DNA from: Raillietiella orientalis | Lineage: Eukaryota | NCBI GenBank assembly: GCA_036172245.1 | Contig: JAYWIR010000053.1 | Coordinates: 620,001-684,000 of the forward strand | Reading direction: 5' to 3' | DNA length: 64,000 bases | Part shown: piece after piece, positions 12,620 to 24,720 of the stretch | How the letters are laid out: the number at the start of each line of letters is the position of its first letter | Numbering within the stretch: position 1 is the first letter of the stretch | Position numbers and translations under genes: made by a program | Notes under the pieces: model-generated | What the model was told of the DNA's origin: nothing | The model's database searches: none | Seen by the model: the letters and a program-made list of their open reading frames with translations, nothing else

Positions 12620-12845
12620 TCACCCGGATGCGCCGGGGTATTCGTTTTAAAAATAAACTTTGAATTTTGTTTAGATCGACCACTTGCAGAATTTCAGCCG
12701 TTTGGGGTTCCAAGAGGAGACATGGGGGATGGGGAAAAACAAAAAATGAAGTAAAATAAAAAGGAAAGTGAGTTGGAGAAGATACACGGAAAAGGAACGT
12801 TTGTTTGTGAGGGGGTTCTGGTAGGGATCACAGCGTATCCCACGT
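12620..12845 (-). mobile_element. L1/Tx1-like 3' UTR fragment
   Basis: Terminus AACGAATACCCCGGCGCATCCGGGTGAG at 12620-12646 plus T-rich UTR. Confidence 0.65.
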
Positions 12846-12856
12846 TTTTGTCTGAG

Positions 12857-12950
12857 TTGGCGGCCGTGTGGTTGCGGCCGCGTGACGTCAAGCGTTGTCG
12901 GTTCGAATCCCACTCAGGGAAGGATCGACGCCAGAGAGATGGGGTCTTGG
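12857..12950 (+). mobile_element. tRNA-derived SINE-like head (truncated)
   Basis: GGCCGTGTGGTTGCGG A-box-like segment, GGTTCGAATCC B-box at 12900-12910, then the family motif TCGACGCC-AGAGAGATGGGG. Confidence 0.7.
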
Positions 12951-13079
12951 GTTTCGAGTTCCCCCCGCGGTCACGGAGGTTAACACGCCCCCCTGGGAAG
13001 GATTAACACGTATCCCCCGGGAGGAGCGGACAGCGTTATAAAGCTTCGTGAGCCCCAGACAAACGGTTCTTGAGTACTT

Positions 13080-15050
13080 AGCTGACCTCAGTAAAAGAGA
13101 TCAGGAATGCATTTTCTTTCGCCATTTGTTTTTGAACAAAATCAGCTGACCTTTCGTTTCTTTCCACAACGTCGCAAACCTGTTCATCCCGTTTGAAACC
13201 GTAGCTGGACTCTTGGAAACGACACATGCAGCATATTTCTCTTATCTTGCACTTGAGGAAAAGCAGGAACACTCCGTCGATAAGTGTCAAGAAAACCACA
13301 AGTGTTGGTACTTCCATCAGATCTTCCCTGTTTTCTGTGCGCTCACTTTGTGGGAAAATTTAAAAATCTAAGTGATCCCACCATCACAGAACTTCGTTTA
13401 CTCGCAGACACCCAAAGGCAGTTCCCATTTATAGGACAGCTGTGCATCTTTTGCAGTTCCAAGTATTTGAAGTACTCGAATTTCTACATTCTTTGCATCC
13501 AGTGCTGTCCTCGCTCTACATCCCAAAAGTTCGGAGCATCGGGAAGATTTCGGTATGATAATTTCACTATTGCTACTCTTCCCTGACTATGCGTTTTCTT
13601 AGAATCCTTCCATATAGTAAATCTGTCAGTTTCGTGAAGAGGGTGCGATTCTGGCACACGAAGGTCCTCTTTCTATGATGAAGATTTTCTCTTCGTCGTT
13701 TGCACTGTGTATTTAAAGACCCACAGTTCCTTTTTTTAAAATTACTTTCAGCCGAAAATGGTTCTCAACATAATGCTGCCACTGTTCAGAAGTGAACTTT
13801 CTCTGAAGAAATTTATCTGATTTGTAAACAGTGTGGGTGTTAAATCCAATTTGTTGCTGCACATCTCAGAAATTTTACACTCAGAATTCGTTCTGTGCCA
13901 ACACAGGCTTTCGTGTCACGTTTAGAGCAGTGATATCCCGGATTCCACTGGTCCCAGGGATCTTACGACTCAACTACGTCCTGAAGCCATACCATCCTTG
14001 CCTCGGTCGGTAAAAGCATCACTTAAGAATCTCACATCTGACCTTCACACTACCAGCCAGTCAGGTTAAAATTTTGGAAAAATCCAATGCAAACTCTCAG
14101 AATTATTCTCTGCTTCTTGACGTTACTTTTGATGCATACATTATTTAATGGATCTGTTAAGAAGAAATGATTATTCAAATGTTTCACCTCATGAATCAGA
14201 AAAATTGTATTGATCTTCCATCGGTTTTCAATTCCACCTCTGTACTTTACTTTCTCATCATTTTTTCTTTTGTACCGATTAAAAGTTCAATTCATATATC
14301 ATCTAATTCTGACTAAATCGATCATTGATTATCAGTTTGGCGCCAGCTTCTAAATTCATCTTCTGACTTTCTAAACTGCCTGCAGCTAAAAGAAGCAAGA
14401 ACAGGTAAGAATGCTCTTCCTAAAATTTCAATGCAGTCAGTCGAACTTCTATTGATGCCATCCGGAGCAGGATAGGTGCTTTTCTTTCCCACTCCTTTTT
14501 CCCTAGGGTTAATTACAAAGTTCCCTTCGAGTCGTGTTTTGCTTTCAATCAAGAAACGTGTTTGTATTCAGACTTCCCAATTCAATATGGAATTTTTCAT
14601 ATTATTTTTCACTTCTCGGAAATAAACGCTCAGCTTGGTTACTGCAATCCCTATTTTGCTTATTCTTAGTTTTCTTGATCTTGAGTTTCTGCACCTTGTG
14701 CAAAATTCATTTCATGCGTTACAGAGAAAACAGAGTCGGATAATTTTATCAGTCCTAAATGGACCATACCTTTATCCATGGAACTGCTATTTCTCCCGTT
14801 CATGTCGAAAGTCAGAAAAAATAAATACATATCGTTTCTCTCGAATCTCTTCACGTCTTCACGTGGCTTGTTTCATCTTGGGAACCTTGGTATTCATGCT
14901 TCCTGATGAGATGTCTACATCCGTATTCCCGTTTCTAGAATTGCAGCGTGGTAATCGTATCACATCCCCCACAGGATCTCCGTAAACAGCAGATTGTTCC
15001 CAATCTTTCTAAAGTTTCCATTTTCACTGTTTTGATACTTTCGCAATGAT
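13080..15050 (-). pseudogene. Decayed coding-like segment (S/E/K/N-rich), unidentified
   Basis: Purine-rich minus strand with short protein-like frames broken by many stops and frameshifts; no domain recognised. Confidence 0.25.
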
Positions 15051-15112
15051 TCTGGCAGAATTTTATTTTATTTTTTCTTCATTTTTGCGAGTTGCCGCTT
15101 TCTATTGTGCAG

Positions 15113-17119
15113 GTCCTTGCCACCGGCAGCACTGCTTCGTCCAGGTAGAGCTTCCTGGGCCTTTGGAGGCTTTTGGGCATTCAATCAGCGGAGGCGGTGA
15201 GAGGCTACGGTGAGCGCCAAGTGGGGAGCGGTGCGAACGCGGCAAGCCGGACTGCCATGTCGAAGGACGGCGTCCAAAGGGGAGATTTTTTGATGGACAT
15301 CCACATCGTGGGATGTGCTGTGTGCTGAAGGTATTTGAGACGAAATTTTTTCCGGAAATTGGAACAATAAAAAAAAAAAAAAAAAACAGAAGTGGTAAAG
15401 TGCTTCCTCGGACATTTGCAAAGCAGCAGAGTGCAGCTGCCAACAGTCCGTGCAGTATTACTGCAATTCCTTGCAAATCGTATTATGTTTCACCCAAATA
15501 ATTATATAGGGATACTTAGCACCCAGATGTAAAATACTACAATAAGCACCTGAGTAAATGGAAAATTCCTCTTTGTAATTTCATGGAAGAACAATGGGTA
15601 CACAGTACCGTTTAAATTAAGTTATGTACATCATTTATACATAGCAGACCAACAAATTTTGAAATCAAACTATCGGCAAAAATTTCAGCAAGTAGTAAAT
15701 TTTGAATGTGTCATTCTTGAACCATTTTTATGGTTTCATTCAGGAAACATTGGAAGCCAGCCTGATGAGATTCAGGAGGTTTGTTGCAATATTGATATAT
15801 ACATGTATATATGTATATTCTAATGCATATGCTGAAATATTTATCTCGTACAGTAAAGTCGAAACGATGCATGCTGAGATGGGGTATTTCATTGGATGCC
15901 CATAAGTCTTTGAAAGTTGACACTAGATTTTGCATTTCCTAATCTGGTATTTAAGCCTTGTTTTCAGAATGTCCTGTTGGGTTTTTAAAATTGCCTCAGT
16001 TGTGTGCTAGAAGTGAATGCTTTTGTATTTATGGTACTGTTGCCAGTAAGCTGTAAAGAGATGTTTTGGTTTGCTTTCCATAAAGCAGTGTCTTGCCCAC
16101 AGGTTTGTGCATTCCTGCATGTAAATCAGACTAATATTTTTCCAGTCAGTTTTATGAGGCAATCTTTAAAAATAAATGTATCACTTCTGCATTTAATCTC
16201 ATTCAATCCTGAAATCCTTTTTTTTTTTTTCTCTTTTAGTGAAATCTGAGCTTACTGTAATGGTTGGGAATGATCATGCCATCAGTATAGTCACATAAGT
16301 CTGAGCAGTTTTAACTCAGTTTTTCATTGGTCATGATAATTTCAGATTTAGATCTAGTGTTTGTACATCTATTGTTTTTCCTTATGACTCCCTCACTAGT
16401 ATAAGTGAATGTTTCATGGTTTCATGGCTTTTAAGTTTTCAGTGATGCTCTCATAATATTTATTGTATGAGAAAAGTTAAGAGTTTCACTCTTTGGTCCA
16501 ACAGAAGCCCCCAAAAAAGAGCTGTGCTTGCAGCATTGGGTTCAGCATCTCTCAGTGAGCTTTTCCACCATTAGGTGATGGAAGGTTCTTTCTAATAAGA
16601 CTTGACTTTGTAATAGAAGGTTCTTTGAGACCCCAAAATTTGAATAATGTCACTATCACTGCAAATGTGCACAGCAGCTGGAATACTTTGGATTAAATAC
16701 TTGCCATCTGTGCAATAAGTTCTTCATGAATAAAAGCATTTGCATAATGTTATTTCCTCTTGAATGAAGTTATTTGATTATTGCTGATGGAGATTGAGTT
16801 GTTTTAATGTTTCAATGATTTTAGTTTCAAAAGTTTTATAGAGGAAATTTTCATTTTAGGCAACAAGTGAGCTCTGAAAACTTCATTGGAATATGGCATA
16901 AGTCTGCCATTGATCACATGGTGAAACCTGTGAAGGTGCTTGGTTTTCTTTTGTTGAAGTGGATCTATTGAAATTCTTAATTTGATAATTATAATGACAC
17001 CAGGAAGTGCATCACTTTGCCCTGCTTATTGATGCTTATGCATTGCTGAAGCACAACAAGTAGGACAAAGTTATGCAAGACTGATTTTTGAAGTCTGAGA
17101 ACTCTTGGGTTTATATTGA
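15113..17119 (+). pseudogene. Spliced host gene or pseudogene fragment, product unknown
   Basis: Candidate AG/GT-bounded exons 15113-15330, 15744-15778, 16505-16574, 16860-16935, 17004-17063 (or -17119) in U-rich introns. The last three join stop-free as APKKELCLQHWVQHLSVSFSTIRQQVSSENFIGIWHKSAIDHMVKPVKEVHHFALLIDAYALLKHNK*. Confidence 0.45.
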
Positions 17120-20100
17120 GTATGTGGAATTCAGCATAGAGGGATGAATGCAGAAGTGGAAGGAAGCCAAGCCATGCATTAGTGTTAGCTTGAAGTTCTA
17201 TGGTTCTGTTGCCTTTAGTTTAAATTATAGGATTCGATTTAATCCTTTAGAATATAATAACTGGGATCCTTTATTCCAATGTATTTCATTTGCATTTTTC
17301 TTTTTTGACTCAAAGATAGTATTCAGTTGTGAGTCTTATTCATCCTGCTGATGGTTTCTCTTGCAAGTGATATTTCTCTACCACTATCTGTGGGAGCCTA
17401 AAATTCTAATTTCATTTTTTACGTTCAATTTGCTACATTAGAGGAAATAGGGTAGTGGCTGATGTTCCATTCTGAGGTCTAGATTCATTGCAAGGCGTAC
17501 TTGCGCTTTGCCGGAAAATCTTCAGAGTTCCTTTTTTCTTGTCCTGCAATTAAAATGGCGTTTCTTCACTTTTCAGTGATCGGAGGTTTCTTTAAAAAAT
17601 CCGACGTGGGGACATTTTTTTGAATTCGGAAAGCTGGCATGTTTTGAATTAACACTTTCAGACTGGGAATTTTTGAATGAAGACCTATTTTTGCATTGGC
17701 AACGAAATTTATAATTCCATTGGAATCGAAGGATGCAAATCTTGGTTGTTCGTCTGCTAGTACTGAGCTGCCCTGTTATGATTGAAGATTCTTTAAGAAC
17801 GGTTTCTTATTAAATTCCCAGATGGAATGAGCCTTGCTTTCTATACGAAGGCCCAACGTACTTCAAGGTTGGTTTTTTGTTTCGGAGGAAATGGCCTGAA
17901 ACCACTGGTTTTCCAAAGAAAGCATTCACTTTTAAGGCAATTTCGAAACCTACCAAACTTATTCGAATATCTCATGGTCGGAGACTTATCACTGTGTTGA
18001 TATGGTGGACGAATTCCATCCACGGAGCAAGCTAATTTCCTGCAGCTTTCGAATAAGCGTCCCCCCTCCCAATGTTTCGGTTTTCTCCTCTTAACGTGCC
18101 GGACTCGATCTGAGATCTGCTTGCACGAATGCGAATCGCAACATTTCCTTTTTTTTTTTGATTTATGAATTGCAAGCTTCCTCGCGTATTTTCTTCCCCG
18201 TTGCTGCTTCCCATATGGGAAGGCGGCTGCTCCCACAGGTCTTGCATTTTCATCTCTTGTACGAAGCATCCGGCTTCCATTCAGCTGCATTTACTCCTGC
18301 CAGACGAACGGGGCCGTTTCAGGACCAGCGACTGCTGCATTCGACGGCTGATCCATTAGATTATCCATGGAAGAAGTTCATTCGAGAAGTCAAATAATGG
18401 GTTCAGTTTTGGGGAATACAATTCCCCGATTTGCTATCCGGTTACATGGAAAGTGATCGTAAATGCATCCACGAGTTGCCATACCCCGAATCCGTGCCTT
18501 GGGTTTATCTGTTCCTCTCGGTAGGGTTCGCTGAGTAATTTATGCAAATCGTCTCGAGAACGTCTCCAGAAAGGTCAATAAATTGTGACCTAAATGCCGA
18601 GACGCACGGCTTGGTTTATAGCTAATCCACTCGACTTTCATCCAGAGCGTCCGACATGGAATGCGTAATGTGGTTCCATTTTTGTATCTGCTGGTTTGCT
18701 ATTTCGGGATTCCACTTCAATAAATTGCGTGACTTCTGAGATCCACTAAGAGGTTTCGGAAGCAGTTTATCGGCTTCTGTGTCTCAGGGAACGGGGTTTC
18801 CTGCGTTATGAGTGGCAGGTGTGTTCCTTGCGTGCTCGCGACGCTTTCGAGGAATCCAACTTCATGTTCCAGGGAGTCCCTTTGTAAGGATATCTCGTTC
18901 GGTAGGTCTGGCAACGGAACGGAGGAGAAAGAATGAGTTCCTTGGAATTCTTCTGCCCTATGAAAAGCTCATGGTGCCTCAAGTATCAGGGCTGCAGGAC
19001 CTGCGTTCCTTCCGTGTTGACCTTCCTTACACACGTTTTCGGCCATCCGGTTTCGTGTTTACGCGTGAACGGTTGTTTGGGATAGGTCCATGTCGGGAAC
19101 AGTGATGCATCTTGCAAGCGATGAGTCACTGCGCTGTGTTTCTTGAGCGTTCTTAACCCTTTCTTTATGCTACGGGAAGCGATGGAGCACTGTTGCTCTT
19201 GTATTGATCACGTACGCAAAGATGGAACGGAAGCAAAGATTTGTTTAGAATTCGGGTTTTGGATCGCTGTTATTCAAAGTTTCTGCCCGCGCATTCGACT
19301 GATGCAGGGCGTTGAATTCTGCGAAAGTTTACTTACTCGTTTCCTCCGGTCCGCCAAGCGTTGGAATCGCTCAACGTCATCATTCGGCCGACGGCGAGCA
19401 GAACGGCCGGTGTCTGCAGTCTACTTGGTACTCGCGTAGTTCATGCTTTTCGTCCTGCTAGAGAGCTTCTTTTCCCTCTTTTGGACGCCTCCTGTTTCTA
19501 GTGATTGGGTGTGCCTCCCTTAGCAGTTTCCTACCGGCTTCAGGTCCATTACGAGTGAAGAAGCGCCATGCAGGCGACGGAGTGCACGTCAGCAAAGGTT
19601 CGCAGGATACTTCCAGTTGTTGCTTCTGGTGTCTTTCCAGCATTCTGGGCACTGCTTTCACCTGTTCCCATATCTTTGCAGAAGGTTCTTCCGTGATGTT
19701 GGATTCAGGCAAGAAGGTGCCTCGCGCGTTCGCACAAGCGTGGTTCTCGGCCTTTTCCCGGCTTGTTCCGTAGTGGGGTTGTTTCGCAGGTGCTTCGGAA
19801 GTTCCCCCCCTCCCTTCTTCTACGTTGCGCTTCCTCATCATCCCTTTATTGCTGCTCCTGCCTCGATCGCCTCCCTGTTCCTCAGACAGATTTCCCGATA
19901 GCTGGTCTTGGATCCTTGCTTTCTTCTCCCGTTACCTCCGTTTCTATTCCTCACGCGTTTTCAGGTGACGCGCAGTGGCACCCTAGTCAAAAGCGGAATC
20001 TAGAATCTAGTCAAAAGTTGGGACCTTGGTGATGGTTTTCCAGGCGTTCGGGAACTGCAAGTACAGGGACTGAACGTGAGGTGTACTATGCCAGAGAGTA

Positions 20101-20329
20101 GCTGCAGCATCGCGTGGGAACCACACGTACGTCATCTTACTTAACACCGCTGTGCACACCAGAGAACGAATTTCGCAACACTTCCTACTTCTTCTGCGCC
20201 TCTGCGCCAGAGGTCGATACGTTACGTGTGTTTTCCTCTACCTGGTGTTTCCCTCAATCCTTCCTGCTCCTCCATGCAGCATCCCGGAGCAAGTGGCCGT
20301 TCTTCACAGGTCGGGAGCAGAATCTTGTC

Positions 20330-20760
20330 ATTGTTTTCTCTTGTGCACCGGACACGCGGCCACTTCATGGCCGACCGCCATGCACAATCCGAGAAAATCG
20401 GGGTGGTACATCTGGACGCACGGCGCCATCTTGTCGGTGGAGGGAATCCAACTTGGGCTCTTGTTGTCCTCGCGAAATGCTCCGCCCGCGCCCTTCCACC
20501 GTATACCCGTTCTCATTGACGTGCGAAACCATTGGCAAGCCTTTCATCTTCGGTGTTTTCCGCCAGCAAACGGCCCGACTGCCTTGATGCTTTCGAGAGA
20601 GCTTCCGTGCTACCTGTACATAACCATAGGAATCCCACGCACGTCTCCCATCGGGAAGCAGACCTCTTTTCCCTCCCATTTGATGGGTGGGCTAGTCGGT
20701 TTTTCTGATCTCCGTGGGGAAGTGTATGGAACGAGGTGCCCAGCACGACTCTGGCCAAGA
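20330..20760 (-). mobile_element. Decayed non-LTR ORF1 (gag-like) remnant
   Basis: PIKWEGKEV...VRGIPM...PSWIP...GLCMAVGHEVAACP, a degenerate CCHC knuckle. Confidence 0.5.
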
Positions 20761-21778
20761 TTTGTCCAAGTGAAGGTTTCGTTCTAACTTGTTTGAGATG
20801 AAGGGGAACAAACGAAAAAAAGGAAGCCTCCGTGTGCTTCCATGGTCAAAATTTTTTTATTGGGATTTTCAATTATTTTTTTTATTTGTAGTAATTTCAA
20901 GTATCTTTTCATTTTTGTATTTTACTCGTTTCTGCTTTCTGGCTTTTGCATGACACTCAGCTCAGATTCCACAGAGAAGCCCTTCTGAGTTCCTTTTTGT
21001 ACGGGCGTGTTGTATCGACGTACACTGCGTTGCACCTCAGTTTTCTCCTCCAAGGTTTCGGTACGAATCTCTCCCTTCGTCCGCCCAGGAAACGTTTTTT
21101 TTACCGGGAGATTATTCTTACTTCGCTCCATTTTCCCTTTGCTCCCGTTGATGTGAAATCGGCATTTGCAACGTTGAGTGAAAGTTTCTCCTAGCTACGA
21201 ACACGCCACGTTTCATCTGCAAGAGGAAATGCCTCTGCTCGGATATCCTCAATCAGAGCTCTCAGTTTTGCAGATTTTCCTTCCCATCGGGATACCCTTT
21301 AGGAAGATTTATTCACCTAGGTAGGGGCAATCATCTCCTGATGCTCTGAGGTACAGGCATTTTTCACTGTGAAACCCGTGCAAAATTGTATATGGACAGA
21401 TGCATTGGTACACACAACTGTTTCGAGGGCATCGCTAAACCTAATGGTGTTTTTTTTTTTTTTTTAATCAGTGAGTCTGCGTTCCCCACTGAATGCAAAT
21501 GATTCTTCCACTTTTCACGCGGCTTATTTACTATTTCGCAATGAGTATCCCAGGTGCAGTACGAAAGGAACGCGAATTTTAATGAAGTTTAGCTTGCGGC
21601 TGGTAACCCTGGAGATTCTATTTAGCCTACGCAAAACGCAAACTCGATCCTTGCGGGACGCCGCCTTGGTCGGATGCTGCCGTTCCAACACTCGGGAATG
21701 AAGGTGACTTTTGCGACGTCTTCGAGTGTACCATGGAGATACACATGGAATCATGGCTCGCATTTCTTTTCAATGCTT

Positions 21779-21804
21779 GTGTGTGTGTGTGTGTGTGTGT
21801 GTGT
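21779..21804. repeat. (GT)13 microsatellite
   Basis: Direct reading. Confidence 0.95.
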
Positions 21805-22540
21805 TTTTTTTTTCCATTCCTTTTTTGGAACTGTGCATTGAATCTAATGGAGTCTCAGTACTTTGCCAGCAATGCACGGCAGCCTTCCTTTTAGTGTTAT
21901 GCAGATCGTCCATTTGCGATTCATTCAGGTGACCGTATGCGCTGACCACGAAATGACGTCATCGTCGTTCAGAAACGAGCGCTGTTTAGCCGCTTCTGCT
22001 CTGTGCACTTTTTTGACGCAGGTGGTTGCTCACTTAAGACACAACTCGCTATTTTGCTTGAGATATGTAAAGTAAACACATAACGAGTCATTGTGTGCCG
22101 TGCACGCGCTTCGGACTGCCATGTTTTGGTCCTGGATGCTGCGTGGTGCGATCCAAACCCTAGCCGCCCTTATGCCCTGGCGTCTCCATTCAGGTTGGAA
22201 TGATGGATACGACCCTCGAGCGAAGTTTTAAAGGTCACGTCATCCAGCGCTCAAGAATCGCGGATTCGCAATGACGCAAATTCGGCCAATCTCGAGTTTA
22301 TCCTTGCGATTCTGGTGCAGAGCACCAGACGCTGCTTATTCGCGCAGTTTCAAGGACACACGCGTTCACGCTTGATGGATCGGATTTTATTGGCAGAGTC
22401 GGATTTCTGCAGCCAAGAAGACGATTGCTTTCCGGTGAAGCATCTCTTCTGCATTTTTCGGAAAGTCCGTCCCCAGGCAAGCGAGCGCGAGAACTGTTTC
22501 TAGGTATCCACTTCTCAAGGGCTCCTCCATTTTCAACTGG

Positions 22541-22699
22541 TCACCGCCCAGGCTGTTTTATCATCAGAAAGATGAACATGCAAGAGTACTGGGTACGCGG
22601 GGGTGGTTCGCAGCTCGCTTGGGATGGAACGCCGGCTCGCAGGTCACCCGTGTACATAGAGACCGGCACAGAAGAAGAGGGGGCAATAAATACAGTAAA

Positions 22700-22733
<34 letters not shown>

Positions 22734-22870
22734 GGCAAGGGGCGGGTAGGGAACATTGGGTCAATCACTCCGAGTCTTCTACAGCCTACGCAAGATGCAG
22801 ACGGTCTCCCTGACGGCTTATTTGTGCAGGTGGGATCTTTTCTCCGCATTCGCCAAGGATGTGGCAGTGC
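22541..22870 (-). mobile_element. L1/Tx1-like ORF2 end and 3' UTR containing an (AC)15 microsatellite (22701-22730)
   Basis: SHLHK..RETVCILRRL resembles SHLG..RDLEGILERM; CTGCGAACC UTR motif; degenerate terminus near 22541. Confidence 0.5.
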
Positions 22871-22879
22871 GGGAGGTTT

Positions 22880-23430
22880 CCCGCCATTAATGGGGGTAGC
22901 GTGACGTCACCGTGCCGGGTCTTGTGACGCGTGGTCGCAGCGTTCTGTACGATGCAGCGAGCCATCCTCTGGGAAGAGCGGTGCCGCCAGCGTTACTTCG
23001 TGCTGCCCATTTGAAGAGGAAGTCGTCCAAACACAGGGGAGGGAGGGATAGTAAGTTTCCCTGAGGGCGTACTTAGCAGTTGAGCCCGCCGGAGCGGTCC
23101 CTTGGCCCCAAATCGTGGTGTGGTCGCGTCGATTGGGTTCCTCGCCCGCCACCATCCTCCCGACCTCGCCACGAGTACTCCGCCGCCCTCGCTCTCTCCA
23201 AATCTTCTCCATTGGAAAAGGTCGTCGAGGGTCGACAGTCCGAGTCCCTTGAAAAAGGCTTAGGCGGAGGCTGAAACCGGAGGTTCCGACAAACCAAGTC
23301 GCCATATGCAGTGACATTCAGCATATGCGACTGCTGACCTAGGCGGTAGTAGAGATAGTCGTGACCCTGCGCCAGAATGGCTGCTGGCTCTTCCGGCGGC
23401 AAGGGTATCCGGACGTCTGTGGTCTTCACT
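22880..23430 (-). mobile_element. Decayed ORF1-like remnant
   Basis: TFSNGEDLERARAAEYSWRGRE...HTTIWGQG resembles the other ORF1 remnants (W-x-G motif followed by a W/V-x-x-G-x-P segment). Confidence 0.35.
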
Positions 23431-24720
23431 TGAGATCACTAAGCCTTTTTTCCCTGAGCACTGCTCCATGTGGGATCAGGAATTTCCATCAGCAGTTTTT
23501 AAGTCCCCCTCAGCTGAAGATCTTGTTTCAAGCCGCGTTGGAAGGCTGTAGTTTTCCTTTTCATTCTGTGCGGAAGGCATGCTTGGGGTGAATGCACTAA
23601 AAGATGACCCAACCTATCTCCGTGGAGGAAAGATAGGTCTTTTATATTTTTAAAGCTAATGCTCATGCCTGGCTTGGCGTTTCATAACTTTGAAACATGG
23701 CTGAGGTATTTGCAATACCATCTAAAGATGCTATTGCAAAGACCTTGGTCGTGTCAAACATCAAAGTAAATTCATTGGCCTGAAGAGTGGTTGTCGCGTG
23801 ATTTGTTGCATTTACTTTGCTACTGCAAAGACCTCGGTTGATACGTATCGTAGCAAAGTCCACATTGCGAGTGTTAGTTATGAGTATCTAACTTTACTTT
23901 TGAGAGATCACTGAGGCCTTCATAGCAGCAGACGGCTATTTCTAGGAACCGGAAAAGAGACGTCAGTTCATAGTTTGTGGGAAGAAATATGGTCACTTCC
24001 TTCAAAAACCTTGTCTCATTTGGTACTGGTGTTGCTGGTGCTATCTGAAGAAGCCCAGTGAACCTGTCATTGAGCTCAACTTTCTCCAGGCAGTACTATT
24101 GCACCCATGGACATTGTTTATCGAGCCACGAGCAAGGTTCGGTATAGAGCAGCTTGAGTGTACACAGCAATCCAAAGAGTGGTAGTGGAGAAGAGGAACA
24201 GCCCTTTAAGGTTAAAAGGGGAGATGTTTGCAGTCCTTTAATTAGCTCAAGGGATGCAATGAACTTCCAAGCTGTCTAGAAGATGCTGTTTCCGACGATG
24301 ATGTCATCTTGGGTGTTCGCAAACCCAAGGTGACAACACTGCCGGATATGGCGTCTCCTATCTCATAGCCCTGAAGTCGTGCCGTTGTCTCAGTGAGAAG
24401 GTTTTCTAGATCAGATCCTTTGGGGCGGACTTGGAGATTTGTAATTGCCGACTTGAGATTTATCCACCTCAGTCTTCCTCCCGCTCGTGAATCAGCAGAA
24501 GGGGAACCGAAGATCTCTACCGCAGGTCACTGTTTGGTAGGACTTTGCTGCGCGTTCTGAATAGGCGCTCACTTCGTTTAAAAGAAGGGACCGCAGGCGG
24601 CGGCTCAGCGCTTCCACGAAGGAAACCGTCAAGGGAGAGTTCGTGGGCTGCATAAGGGGGGATGCAAGGGGCGCGGCTTCTTTAATGCACCTTCGACCTG
24701 CCCTCCCTCGCTGCTGTTTA

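Noticed and set aside
12857..12920. Functional tRNA genes at the B-box sites
   Set aside because: No consistent acceptor or anticodon stems; copies are mutually diverged and embedded in a longer repeat.
16505..17202. Stop-codon reassignment to explain frame B
   Set aside because: Deamination decay or simply the wrong frame is more parsimonious; TE ORFs here end at standard stops.
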